From contig OZ025799.1 of the NCBI GenBank assembly GCA_964019425.1, forward strand, positions 310,001 through 374,000: a stretch of 64,000 nucleotides of DNA, given 5' to 3'. The position numbers were made by a program, and so were the translations under genes. The notes below the pieces were generated by a model, which worked only from the letters and a program-made list of their open reading frames with translations, did no database searches and was not told where the DNA came from. This document shows positions 1 through 10,368 of the stretch, one piece after another; positions within the stretch are counted from its first letter, which is position 1; each line of letters begins with the position of its first letter. The stretch comes from Flectonema sp. DT1601. Its lineage: Eukaryota.

Positions 1-91
1 GACCCCAAACAGATCAAAGTATATCAGTCTGGAATCTTCCAGTTAGAGGGAGTGATTTTTTTTTTTTTTTTTTTTTCTTTTTTCTATTCGG

Positions 92-1306
92 TCAAACAGA
101 AAGAATTGTGTCTTCCAAAACCTGTTCTCTTGGGGGTGCTATGAGTGGATTATGTGACTGCACTACACTTGTGTCCTCAGCATTGACAACAGTATCTATC
201 ACATCTGGTGGCGTCTGCTCATTAGAAAGAGATAGCCGCTTTAGAATAGTAGTCGCAGCACTTTTTGTATTATCTTGCTCTTCGTATGAAAGCGGAAGAG
301 ATATTTTAAAAGCTGGTCCGAACGTTGCCAATCCCCCTTGTGTTGTTCTAGGGATAAGGGGTGACAAGAAGACTAATACTGAAACTGTCACACAAAGATC
401 TCCCAACCGAAGATATTTGTTAACCCCGGTTACAATAAATTGTTTTCCAGAGTTCCGTTCTGTAAATTGTAAAGAAGCAGGAGAGTCAAATACAGGTGCT
501 AATAAGTCCCACGTTGACACAACATGCCTTGCAATAAGCCCCTTTTGAGGATGGTATCTTGCTAAGAGAGACCCAAACTCTTGTGAAGCATCAGTATAAA
601 CGGTTGGATTCCATCGATGAGAAATTAGTTTAAAAGGGTTTTTAACATAAGCTAACGATAGCAAACTATTAGTACCTTCGGAAAGTTGTTTAATAATCCC
701 AGGTATTGAGATGTTGTTGTCACTTACTGTTTGTTTTATTACGTCTGAAAAATCAACAAATTGATCTGCAGTTTGTAACTCAAGCGAAGACAACGCCCTC
801 GACACATCCGCAAGGATACCATCAGATGCTAATCTTTCGTTATCTGTTATTTTAGCTTCTTGTTGTGATTCATGCAGTCTAATTGCTTCAGGGTATTTCA
901 TTTCAAAAGTGTCCGCCAGCTGTGAAACTAACGGAAGAGTCCAAGTTCTTAAGGATCGACTTCTGTGTAGTAAGTTTGATACTAAAAAAACTGAAGTTCT
1001 ATTTCTGTTTGCGATGACGACATCGATTCCATGTATAGAAACTGTTCCCTGTTCTGGGAATCCAGTTAGTTGTTGGTGAGCCATGACTATCTCAGCAAGC
1101 ATGTTTGAATCGTACTTTAATCCTTCGCCTTCTGTTGAGTGCCAGTTAACCATTACACCACTTCCTACCCTACTCACAATCATTACTATGAACACATCTC
1201 CCAAAGATCCAAAATCAAAGAAATAATCTTTCTTTACATCGACAGTTTGAATTTTGTAGTGCGGGTCGGAGGCCTGTCGACGGTTTGCAAGTTCGTCAAA
1301 AGACAT
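92..1306 (-). CDS. Hypothetical protein (~404 aa)
   Basis: Long ORF with normal globular composition. First ATG (MSFDELANR) is at 1306, downstream of a pyrimidine-rich TAG; the ORF-track start at 1339 is a TTG. No family recognised. Confidence 0.7.
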   Translation of the reverse strand: MSFDELANRRQASDPHYKIQTVDVKKDYFFDFGSLGDVFIVMIVSRVGSGVMVNWHSTEGEGLKYDSNMLAEIVMAHQQLTGFPEQGTVSIHGIDVVIANRNRTSVFLVSNLLHRSRSLRTWTLPLVSQLADTFEMKYPEAIRLHESQQEAKITDNERLASDGILADVSRALSSLELQTADQFVDFSDVIKQTVSDNNISIPGIIKQLSEGTNSLLSLAYVKNPFKLISHRWNPTVYTDASQEFGSLLARYHPQKGLIARHVVSTWDLLAPVFDSPASLQFTERNSGKQFIVTGVNKYLRLGDLCVTVSVLVFLSPLIPRTTQGGLATFGPAFKISLPLSYEEQDNTKSAATTILKRLSLSNEQTPPDVIDTVVNAEDTSVVQSHNPLIAPPREQVLEDTILSV

Positions 1307-1739
1307 TTTTTGAGTGTCCCTCCCCCCTCGTCCTATCAAGATAAAAGATAATAAACGATCCAGGCTAATGTTACAATATTATTCATAATTGAATTGTCAT
1401 GTACGTGATTAGTATATTTGTTGGAACGCTGTGAAGAAAGACATAGCGCTAACCCTCAAAGAGAAACAGTATTAAGAAAATATAAAAAAACCAAAGATAA
1501 CGTGTCTTAGTTTCCAATGTTCTTTGGCGCATATCGAACGCAACCCCCCGAAAAACAAAAAAAAAAAAAAAACACACACTTGTTTAGCCTAAAATATACA
1601 ACGTACAAATAACTTCTCAAAGATGAAAAGTTACCTTGGGGGGTTTACACTGCTCAGTAAACACTTTGAACGAACCGGAAAATAAAGTACTGCTGAACAG
1701 GTTTTTAACTGTCCAGCATGCTGAAGAGCAATTGTGGAA

Positions 1740-2819
1740 TTAGAATTTAAAAACGTCATCACCTGTGTATGATAAATCACCAAGAAGACCTGATAGAACA
1801 CCTTGTTTTGGAGGACTGCTATCATAGTCTTTATCACCTGATACTGCTTTCATCATTCCAGGGGGTCCACAAACAAATATTTTTCCTTCGCCACTCTTCG
1901 GCATATAACTTTTAATCATGTGAGAGTTTACAAATCCAAGGCATTCTGTCCAGTTGAAGGTGGCAGTCTCTAATACATAAATCACATTTAACCTCTTGTG
2001 TTGCTGTTCTAACATTGTTAACTGCTGCTTGAGGAGGATATCCTCTGCGGTCTTGTTAGCGTAAACAAGAGTCAGTTTTGTTTGATCATAAGGATCATCA
2101 AGAAGAGCATTTAGTACTTGGTACATAGGAGTGATTCCTGTTCCACCACAGATCATACCAATGTGTTTGTGCTGTTTGGATATTTCTTTATGTTAAAGTG
2201 TATATCAAAAGTGATGAAACAGACATAAAATACAAACCTCATTTGACTTAATTGGAATCTTCATAAAAGGTCCTTTGATCTCCAGCTCTGAACCCATGTT
2301 CAGATCATGAATGTAGGTACCCATCTTTCCTCCGGGATACTTCTTAATTAAAAAGTCCATAACTCCTTTTTGCTGAACTCTAGAGATTGGGGTGTAGGGA
2401 CGGATTACTGTCTTGCCTTCTTCGTCCTTACCACTGTTTGTTTTATTAATATTTTAATAGGAAAACATAAGTTTTAATTATTGCTTAATTAAAACATACC
2501 GAATAACAACAATCGAAGCGGCCTTCAATCCGGAAACACTGTTGTTGGAAAACGAAACGCTTAACTTTGCAGTATCGTGATTATACCTGCTAATCGAGCT
2601 GACGTTAAATTTTCTAAATTCCTTTGGGCTGTTTTAAGTTATGATCCTTTTTAGATGGTTTTCTTTTTTTTAATCAGAAATATAAACACAACGTCTTTCC
2701 CTTTTCAGATCATACCTGAGGGCAGTTTGCGCCTCATACGGCATCCTAACATCCGCAAAAGCTGCAGTACCAAATGCCGAAGCCGCACCCAATGCCGCGA
2801 GACCTGTTCTCCTTAACAT
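1740..2819 (-). CDS. NADH-cytochrome b5 reductase (mitochondrial/MCR1-like), 4 exons: 2819-2716, 2628-2500, 2433-2238, 2171-1740
   Basis: Spliced product has RPYTP, KKYPGGKMG, IKGP, GMICGGTGITPM, YANKT, VCGPPGM and a terminal VFKF. Three GT-AG introns (87, 66, 66 nt) keep the frame. N-terminus MLRRTGLAALGAASAFG resembles a targeting or anchor sequence. Confidence 0.93.
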
Positions 2820-3146
2820 GATTTTTTTAATTTATTTCTATTTTTAAAAGATTTATTATAAAACTGAACCATTCCTCTCCACTCGTCTACTACATATTAC
2901 CCACCCGACCCGACATCGGAAAATTTGAACATTTTTTTTTTTTTTTTCAGATGCAATGGAAAAATAATTTTTGAATTGATGAACAGATAATCAACTAAAG
3001 CAGCAAGTCCAGATAGCTGATAAGAACATATAAAATATAACTGAAGGTTTGTATGTTGTAATGTGAACTGTAAAGAACGAAGTACAACAAGTGCTGGTTT
3101 TGGGATAGCAACCCTTCCGTTGGATTGAAGAACTCAAACAAAATGA

Positions 3147-3959
3147 TTAGGAACAAACTGTTTTACCAAAAGTGTCAATTGTCGTCAGCGGTGATACTTT
3201 TTGAACTGCATCTCGCAAGTCATCATCAGAAGGAACTTTAATCCCACTGGTGGGAGAGATTTTTTCGGAGTTTAGATACGTCTGACAAGACTCTTTGGCA
3301 CGAAGACGATCAACCTGCCAGGGACGGAAAGAGAACCGACCAACTTCATAAATACCATGCAGCCATTTGCAAAGCTCTGCTGCAGTTCGACATACTCGAC
3401 TAACGCGAACAGGATCGAATTGGGGATCAGAAACGTATATGTAGAGTCGAGATAGAAGTTTTGTTGTGAGTAAGCTTCGATCATAATTAATCATTCGGCT
3501 GTGAAGAGCACTTGGGTCTTGAGCGAGCTTAATGAAACTTGTCCAAGAAGGGTTCTTACTACCCAGAGAAAGAGAAACTGCTTCACCAATTCGATGAACT
3601 ACTTCACTTGATCTGTTGAGCTTTCTAACTTCTTCTATCGAGTTTCTAGTTACACCTTGAATCATTTGAGTCGCTTCTACTATTGATATTCCAATTTCTG
3701 ATTGAACAGCATTCTCACACTTCTCTACTGTTAATAACCTATAACTGACTCTATCAGCTACTACTGGTCTTGTATAATAGCAAAGAAGCCACGACGTCGT
3801 TGCCGTTGTAATTAAATCCCTCCGAGAAAGAAAAGATATGATACAGATTATTACGGAGGCATATTCTTTTAAACATGCAAGCTCGCCATCTACGAGTGTT
3901 TTGTGGGGGTATTGTGTTATTTTTTTGATGTTATTTCGAGGGTTTGTTGACTTTCCCAT
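3147..3959 (-). CDS. Small protein with F-box-like motif and a stand-alone dynein heavy-chain stalk microtubule-binding domain (MTBD)
   Basis: EEVRKLNR..VHRIGEAVSLSLG..SW...KLAQDP..LHSRMINYD...YVSDPQFDPVRVSRVCRTAAELCKWLHGIY follows the dynein MTBD/CC2 pattern. LACLKEYASVIICIISFLSRRDL resembles an F-box. Likely ATG at 3959, after TTTCAG; the ORF is open to 4169. Confidence 0.7.
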   Translation of the reverse strand: MGKSTNPRNNIKKITQYPHKTLVDGELACLKEYASVIICIISFLSRRDLITTATTSWLLCYYTRPVVADRVSYRLLTVEKCENAVQSEIGISIVEATQMIQGVTRNSIEEVRKLNRSSEVVHRIGEAVSLSLGSKNPSWTSFIKLAQDPSALHSRMINYDRSLLTTKLLSRLYIYVSDPQFDPVRVSRVCRTAAELCKWLHGIYEVGRFSFRPWQVDRLRAKESCQTYLNSEKISPTSGIKVPSDDDLRDAVQKVSPLTTIDTFGKTVCS

Positions 3960-4786
3960 TGGCTTCCAGTTGTTCTCAACAGGAGATGCCTGAAAGTGAT
4001 GTAGTTTCCTCTCAATAAACAATGGAGGTAGGTTGTGGGTCTCATTTCCTCTAGTCTTCCATCCTTTCTCCCTGGCTTGGACAGTTTTTTTTTTCCCTTT
4101 TTTCTTTGCTGATTCCGTTTGTGATAATGTCGCATAAAATAGTGCAAGAGCGTTTGCTTGTTGAACCATTGTGTAAACCTGGGTAGAATGAGAAAGTGTT
4201 ATTTATTAAATTACGTAATCTCCATCTGATCTCTATCTTAACTTCCTCAAAGTCTCGATCTCATTGTATTGACTGAGTGCATCTGAGTAGGTAAGAAGAA
4301 GACATATTCACGACTACACAAAGATGGTTGTCACAAAACACATGAAACAAACCTCTTCCGTTACGACGATAGACAAAACGAAGATGTAAAACGGGGAAGT
4401 ATGAAAACTCATCATAAGATCAATTCACTGAGAAGCACACAAACCACAACACACAACTAAAAAAACGAAGTTTTGACGTGTCAATAACCAAAAGAAAGTG
4501 GTACACTAACAGCCTTGACAAATACTACCCACGCTAGCTTTTATATATAACCCTTGGTTATTTTTAGTTCTTTTTCTCTCTCTCTTCATTCCCTTTTTTT
4601 TTTTTTGCACACACCAAAGCATCTTAAATCTGAAATTAATGTTTGTTTTTTTAATTTTATATTTTATTTTTATTTTTTTATTATTTTTTTTGTAAAAAAA
4701 AACGAGTATTCTCAGTAATCTGAGGGACTCAAAGAGCTAACAATAAGAAATTTACTTACTTTGATAAAACCGTATTGACGTTGTGG

Positions 4787-4817
<31 letters not shown>

Positions 4818-5851
4818 AATAATGCAAAAACTTTGATAAAAAAAATGATAAAATCCCTCTACCTACACGCAACTAATATGCTTGTTGGTGATTTAGTTTC
4901 TTTTTTTTTTTTGAAGAAATTCGTTTTTTTTTTTTTTCTTTTTCTCAAAAAAATAGCTGTAATCTGATACCCGTAAAACCACAACTAACTAAAATAATAA
5001 TAACCCGCTGACCGCAACACCAAAAAAAGGTTTCTGAAACTGCCAACTTATTTTGTTTATTTATATATTCGTCAAAGTCAGGAAGCCAACCCTCTGAAGC
5101 TCAAGGGATACCTTTCATTCGGTACCACAACCGTGAGACTTTCAGCCGTGAAGACATGGACTGATACGACCTAATAACTACCACATGTTAAGCAGTGTAA
5201 GAGACAGCAGATAATACCAATTTCTCTCCAAGGGAGGGAGAACACACAGCACTGTTTAGAATACGACGTCACAAAAAAGAAATAGTCTCGTGATTTTTGT
5301 GTTTAAAAAAATTGTCATATTCTGACCAAAATCTCCACATTGAATCGTCCTCTCACTTAAGAAGCCGCCTCGGCAACTTTTCTTCCTCGGGTGTCGGTAT
5401 CAGAAAAGGAAAAATAATAATAATAAATTATAATGATAAAAAAAAAAAAAAAAGACCAGAGAGAAAACAAAAAAGAAAAACAGTACAATGTAAGGCTTCA
5501 ATGATAGTAAAATAGCATAAAGTGTTGGCGGTATTATTGATTTGAATTTAAAAAAAAAATTAAAAAAAAAAAAAAAAAGGAAACGAAATATGAACGTCTC
5601 CGTTTTTCTACGTATTTATTTTACTTTACAATGACATCTGACTAAGAGGTGGAAATTTTTTTTTCCAACTCGAAAAGCAACAAATACGAGGACTCATTAA
5701 GTACCTTCTTAACACAAAATTTCGTGCAGAAAAAGAATAAAACATAAAATAATTTCTTTAAAGCCGGACTTGATCCAAATGTTTTTTTTTTTTTTAATAA
5801 CTTAACATTACTTGACCTAACAAAAAATAAATAAATAAATAAATAAACCTA

Positions 5852-6291
5852 TAGGGAGTCAGTAATTTGAACATGACTAACACCTACCGTGTTTTTATTG
5901 TACTTTTTGGCGATAACATAACTGTTATTTGCAAGAAAGGAAAAATAGGGAGTCAGACATAATATTAATTTTTTCAATGGTCTGACTCGACCTTTTTTTT
6001 TATCATAAAAATACGTAAGAGAGTCCACCAGTACTCTATGAGATTTCTTAGCACAAAGACAAAAAAAAAAAACAAAAAAAAATTTAACATATTTTTTCTT
6101 CACACAGAAGGTAAATAGGGAGTCAGTTTCTGGTACTTATATAGCTGACTCGACCTAATTTTTTTTTTTTTTTTTTTTTTTGTTCCAGATTGAGTACTGC
6201 TTGCACGTTCTTGTAGTTTAAGAAAAAAAAAAAAAGCATCGTGAATATGTTAATATTTCAGGGAGTCAGTTCTCGTAGCTGACTCGACCTG
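5852..6291. repeat. Four dispersed copies of a bulged hairpin motif (Y)AGG-GAGTCAG-loop-CTGACTC-GA-CCT
   Basis: Copies at ~5852-5886 (degenerate), ~5946-5995, ~6116-6156 and ~6258-6291. Arms are conserved; loops differ in sequence and length. Confidence 0.75.
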
Positions 6292-8440
6292 TAGAGCTTA
6301 GATGTTGATTTATTTATTTTTTTTAATTTTTTTTTTTTTTTTTTCCCCTCAAGCCACACACCACAGTAAAATGAGAAGATTTCATTTCACGTTTGCAAGT
6401 ATCTGAATATGGCTGTGCTCCTAATTAAGAAAAAAAAAAGAAAATGAATACCAAAAAAGAAGAATCGATCGACAAATTGTCTTCCGTGTCGGCTCTTTTG
6501 ATTGCTTCAGCAGCAATCCCAAATCTAATGTTTTATTCAAACTCTAACCCGATATAATATTATATTTTTTCGTTTTTTTTTTTTTTCTGCAGATGATGAT
6601 TATTAAAAAAAAAATGGGAGAAATCGAAAGGAGGGAAGTGAAAAAAAAAAAAAATAATACTATTTTTTTTTGATGACACAAATGATGATTTTTTTCATTA
6701 TTACGTCTTCCGCGTCAGGATAAACACCAGAAAAACTATACTTCGTGAATGTGATTTTTTCTTTTTTTTCTTTTTTTTTTTTTTTCATTGATCGAAAAAA
6801 TTGATAACCCTTTTGCACTGTACTACTATAACTAAAACGAACACTAGTATGTAGGGAGAAAAAAAAAAAAAAGAAGAAAAGAAACAACGATGAATAAAGG
6901 TGATGGTTCTGCGCATATATTCTTAAAAGCCAGCAGCTCTTTTTTTTTTTTTTTTTTTTTTAAAGTATTGCTTTGTGCAAGCAACAAAGACAAAAGGGTT
7001 CGTGATTGTTAGTGAAAGAGAAAACCGCGGCAAGGCAACAAGTTATAAAGGAGAGAAATAGAGGAAAAGGTTTTCTTATTTGTGAAAATAAAGTGAAAAA
7101 AAGAAAAATAAATAACAATAACAATAACAATAGTGACTGAGCTCGTTGTACGACTGAAAAAAAAAAAAAAAAAAATATATAGACGAAATCACCAAAATGA
7201 AGGACATCAAAAAAAAATATTGCAGTAAAAACAGCAACTCAAGACCCACCGAAAAACCTGGCGCAGTAGTTGATTTTTATTTGCTCGTGATGCTTTGTAG
7301 AGAGCCAAAACAGGTACAAAAGAAAAAAGGAAAGAAGGCAAGAGAGAATCGACATATGGGACCCAATCTGCAGCAAATAGTAATCAACAATGAACTAGGT
7401 GCCAATACTTTGTTTAAAACAACTATCAGAACGTAGATTTTTGAGAAGAAAAAAAACAGGTATTGCCGAGAACAAAACTACATATTCACCAACATAGACA
7501 CAACTGTAATTTGATAAGATAACAGAAACACCGTTAAGCCTGCTCGTTAACACCGAACAGGCCAACACCCAAAAATCTTGTTTAAGAAACGAAAAGGGGA
7601 AAATTACTCAAAAAAGCAATAGAGTAAAAACTCTCTCAAGTTATGCAGTACGTTTTTTTTTTTTTTTTTTTTTTTTAAATAGTGGATCTTAAGGGGGACA
7701 GTTTTTCTGCAAGAAATTCCAGGGACTAGCTAAAGGACGTTCTAAGAACATATGCTTAACAAAGTTGGTTGGGCAAGAAAGGAGAAAAACTGACATCTGC
7801 CGAAGCAGCACACTTGAGGGAAAATAAAGGGAATTAACTTAACCAAAGAAAAAGAAAAAGAAAAAAAGAAGAAAAAAATAAAACACTTTCGGTTTTTCCG
7901 ACTGTTCTTTTGCCATAAATTAAATAAACGTGTTAAACAGAAACCAACAACATAAAAAGTATCGATATAGTACTGGAATCTGTTGATGCGCTACTGAAAA
8001 CTATAAACACTTAACCATATTGTAGAAAGAAGGGGGGGGGGGGAAAAAAAGAAAAAGAAAAAAAAAAAGGGGGCAGGGGAAAAACTATGTCACAGTTGTT
8101 TGTAAGAACAGGAAGCCTGCTCTTCGTTTCATTCTTCTTTTTTTTTTTTTTTTTTTTTTGAATTCCAGGAAAAATAAAATAGAAACAAAAAGCACAACCA
8201 GAAGTTAAATTTCAAGAAGAAAACAAAAGAAAAAAAAAAAAAAAACAGTAATAATAACCCCCCAGAGGGGAATCCTTTGAAACAATATTTCATTCTCAAT
8301 ATTTTTAAGTATACTTTCGCTTATTATACTTTTTTTAGTGTGGCATTGCCTTTGCAACTGTCTGCAACAGTAATTCGACTCACACTTATCAAAATTAAGT
8401 TACCGCTGATATAGATTACCGTAATACAACAATCAGACAG

Positions 8441-9784
8441 CTACATTACAACACACCTTCGATTCGTGAAGAATTTTTTAATAGATCTTTTGGTTGGGGG
8501 AGGTTCCGGAATTACATCCGTAACAGGAGTAACATTCTGTTGAGTTAGACTGTTAGAAGGTTCTGGTAATTGGTGCGTTGCAGGTGGTGGAGTGCGAGGT
8601 GATATCAGTGGAGATGAAGGTGCTAAAGAAGCCGAAGAAACAGAAGAAGGCCGATTATGAAATGACAATATCAGACTTGAGTCAGCCATAAAATGTTTGA
8701 CTGCTCGATCGTTTTTCACAGCGTCACTACAAGATGAGAGGGCATTCTTAAATGCGAATAGCAAATCATCACTGTAATCTCTTAAGACGTTTAAAGCATC
8801 AATATTCTCATTACTTTGTTGGATGTCAATTTCATCATAAACTGAAAGCATTTCTGCTGCTGTTGCTCTGGTTGTCTCATCCTTGTCCATCATTCGAACT
8901 AAATATTCCTCATGAACCCCAACATTTGAGTAGTCGATAGTTCCATGAACGATATTTTCATAAGTTTGAAATAAATTAGATCCCGGTTCAAACGGTAGAG
9001 ATAGAGATTTACAATAACAAATAGTTACTCCTGCTGACCAAACATCAGCAGCGTATCCATTAAATTCCAAACTCCCACGAGCGATCTCAGGAGGTGCATA
9101 TAACGGAGTTGAATCTCCTGAAGCGGTGAGTCCATTTTCTTTCAATTGCTCTGCAGTACCAAAGTCTGAAATGCGAAGTGTTCCACAGCTCAGTATCATG
9201 CAGTTCGACGGTTTGATATCTCTGTGTGCTATTAAATGTGAATGAAGATGTGCTACACCGCTTACTAACTCTCTAGAGAGTCTGAATATTAATGAATCAG
9301 GTAGTGGAGATCTCCTCACTGCCGCGTTTGCTATTAAAACTTCAAGAGTTCCCATCGCATATGGGAAGACTAGATAGGCTTTTTGTTTAAGCTCGTCGTC
9401 AAAGAATGATTTTATTGTTAATATGTGATCTCCTTTTCCACCAATCTTTTGAAGTTCAACTTCTTTCGTAATCGGGTCTTGGGAATTTCTATTTCCCATT
9501 TTTTTATTATTTTTATTATGTTTTCGAACTACCTTAACAGCAGCTAGTGATCCATCCTTGCCATCAAGTGCAAGAAGAACTTTACCGTAAGCACCCTCAC
9601 CGATTGTGGGTCCGCATATATACTGTCGAATATGTTTTATTTTAAATATGGCTCCATGTTGTCTAGGACCAGATAACCCAACAGGACTTTGACATTGAAT
9701 GCCATCAGCCAAGTCATCCAAAACTAATTCAGACTCAACTCTCACTGGTACGACTAAATCCGGAACAGGTAATCTGTTCCTCAT
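8441..9784 (-). CDS. Ser/Thr protein kinase, LKB1/STK11-like, with C-terminal CAAX (CVVM)
   Basis: Kinase motifs IGEGAYGKV, AVK, HRDIKPSN, ISDFG, PPEIARG and DVWSAGVT. Segments such as ELKQKAYLV, PPEIARGSLEFNG and PFEPGSNLFQTYENI resemble LKB1. Ends in RRCVVM. Confidence 0.85.
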   Translation of the reverse strand: MRNRLPVPDLVVPVRVESELVLDDLADGIQCQSPVGLSGPRQHGAIFKIKHIRQYICGPTIGEGAYGKVLLALDGKDGSLAAVKVVRKHNKNNKKMGNRNSQDPITKEVELQKIGGKGDHILTIKSFFDDELKQKAYLVFPYAMGTLEVLIANAAVRRSPLPDSLIFRLSRELVSGVAHLHSHLIAHRDIKPSNCMILSCGTLRISDFGTAEQLKENGLTASGDSTPLYAPPEIARGSLEFNGYAADVWSAGVTICYCKSLSLPFEPGSNLFQTYENIVHGTIDYSNVGVHEEYLVRMMDKDETTRATAAEMLSVYDEIDIQQSNENIDALNVLRDYSDDLLFAFKNALSSCSDAVKNDRAVKHFMADSSLILSFHNRPSSVSSASLAPSSPLISPRTPPPATHQLPEPSNSLTQQNVTPVTDVIPEPPPTKRSIKKFFTNRRCVVM

Positions 9785-10368
9785 TCTGCTATTTGTTGAT
9801 GTGTTTCCTGTCCTCAGACTGTCTTGGTATGGTTAACAATGAAAACAGGCCTTCCCTCGTCCAGCATGCAAATCCAGCTACTTCACGACATTATGCTGTG
9901 GTATCGGGGGGGGGCTGGGGATGAAATTTAAGAAATAATACACAAAGTTATCAAGCAAATGTATCAATTAGAGAGATGGATACACGACCACCCTGCATCA
10001 CCTGGTATCGAATTACGATCAAGAAACAGGAATCATTATTTACCAAATTCTCACTAATCGACTTTAGACTTGCAAAACGCTAAAAATAAGAAGTGTAGGC
10101 AGCCCAATGGCAGAGCATTAAAAACAAGAACAAATTATAAAGAGGGGTGGAAAAAAAAAAAATAAAATAAAATAAAATAAATGAACAAAAAAAAACATCG
10201 GGTAAATAAAGTAAATAGTCCTCCGTAAAACTATTCGTTTCACGAAAACAAAACTTTGAACAAAATTTAGGTACAAAGAACGTACGAACTGAGATAAGTG
10301 TATTATAAGGGGTAATTATTAAGGGAATGGTTAAAAAGGAGGTTATCTATATGACGAGGGGGGAAGTT

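Noticed and set aside
5075..5240. More GC-balanced intergenic island, possible ncRNA or small gene
   Set aside because: No convincing ORF, tRNA cloverleaf or snoRNA boxes could be identified by eye.
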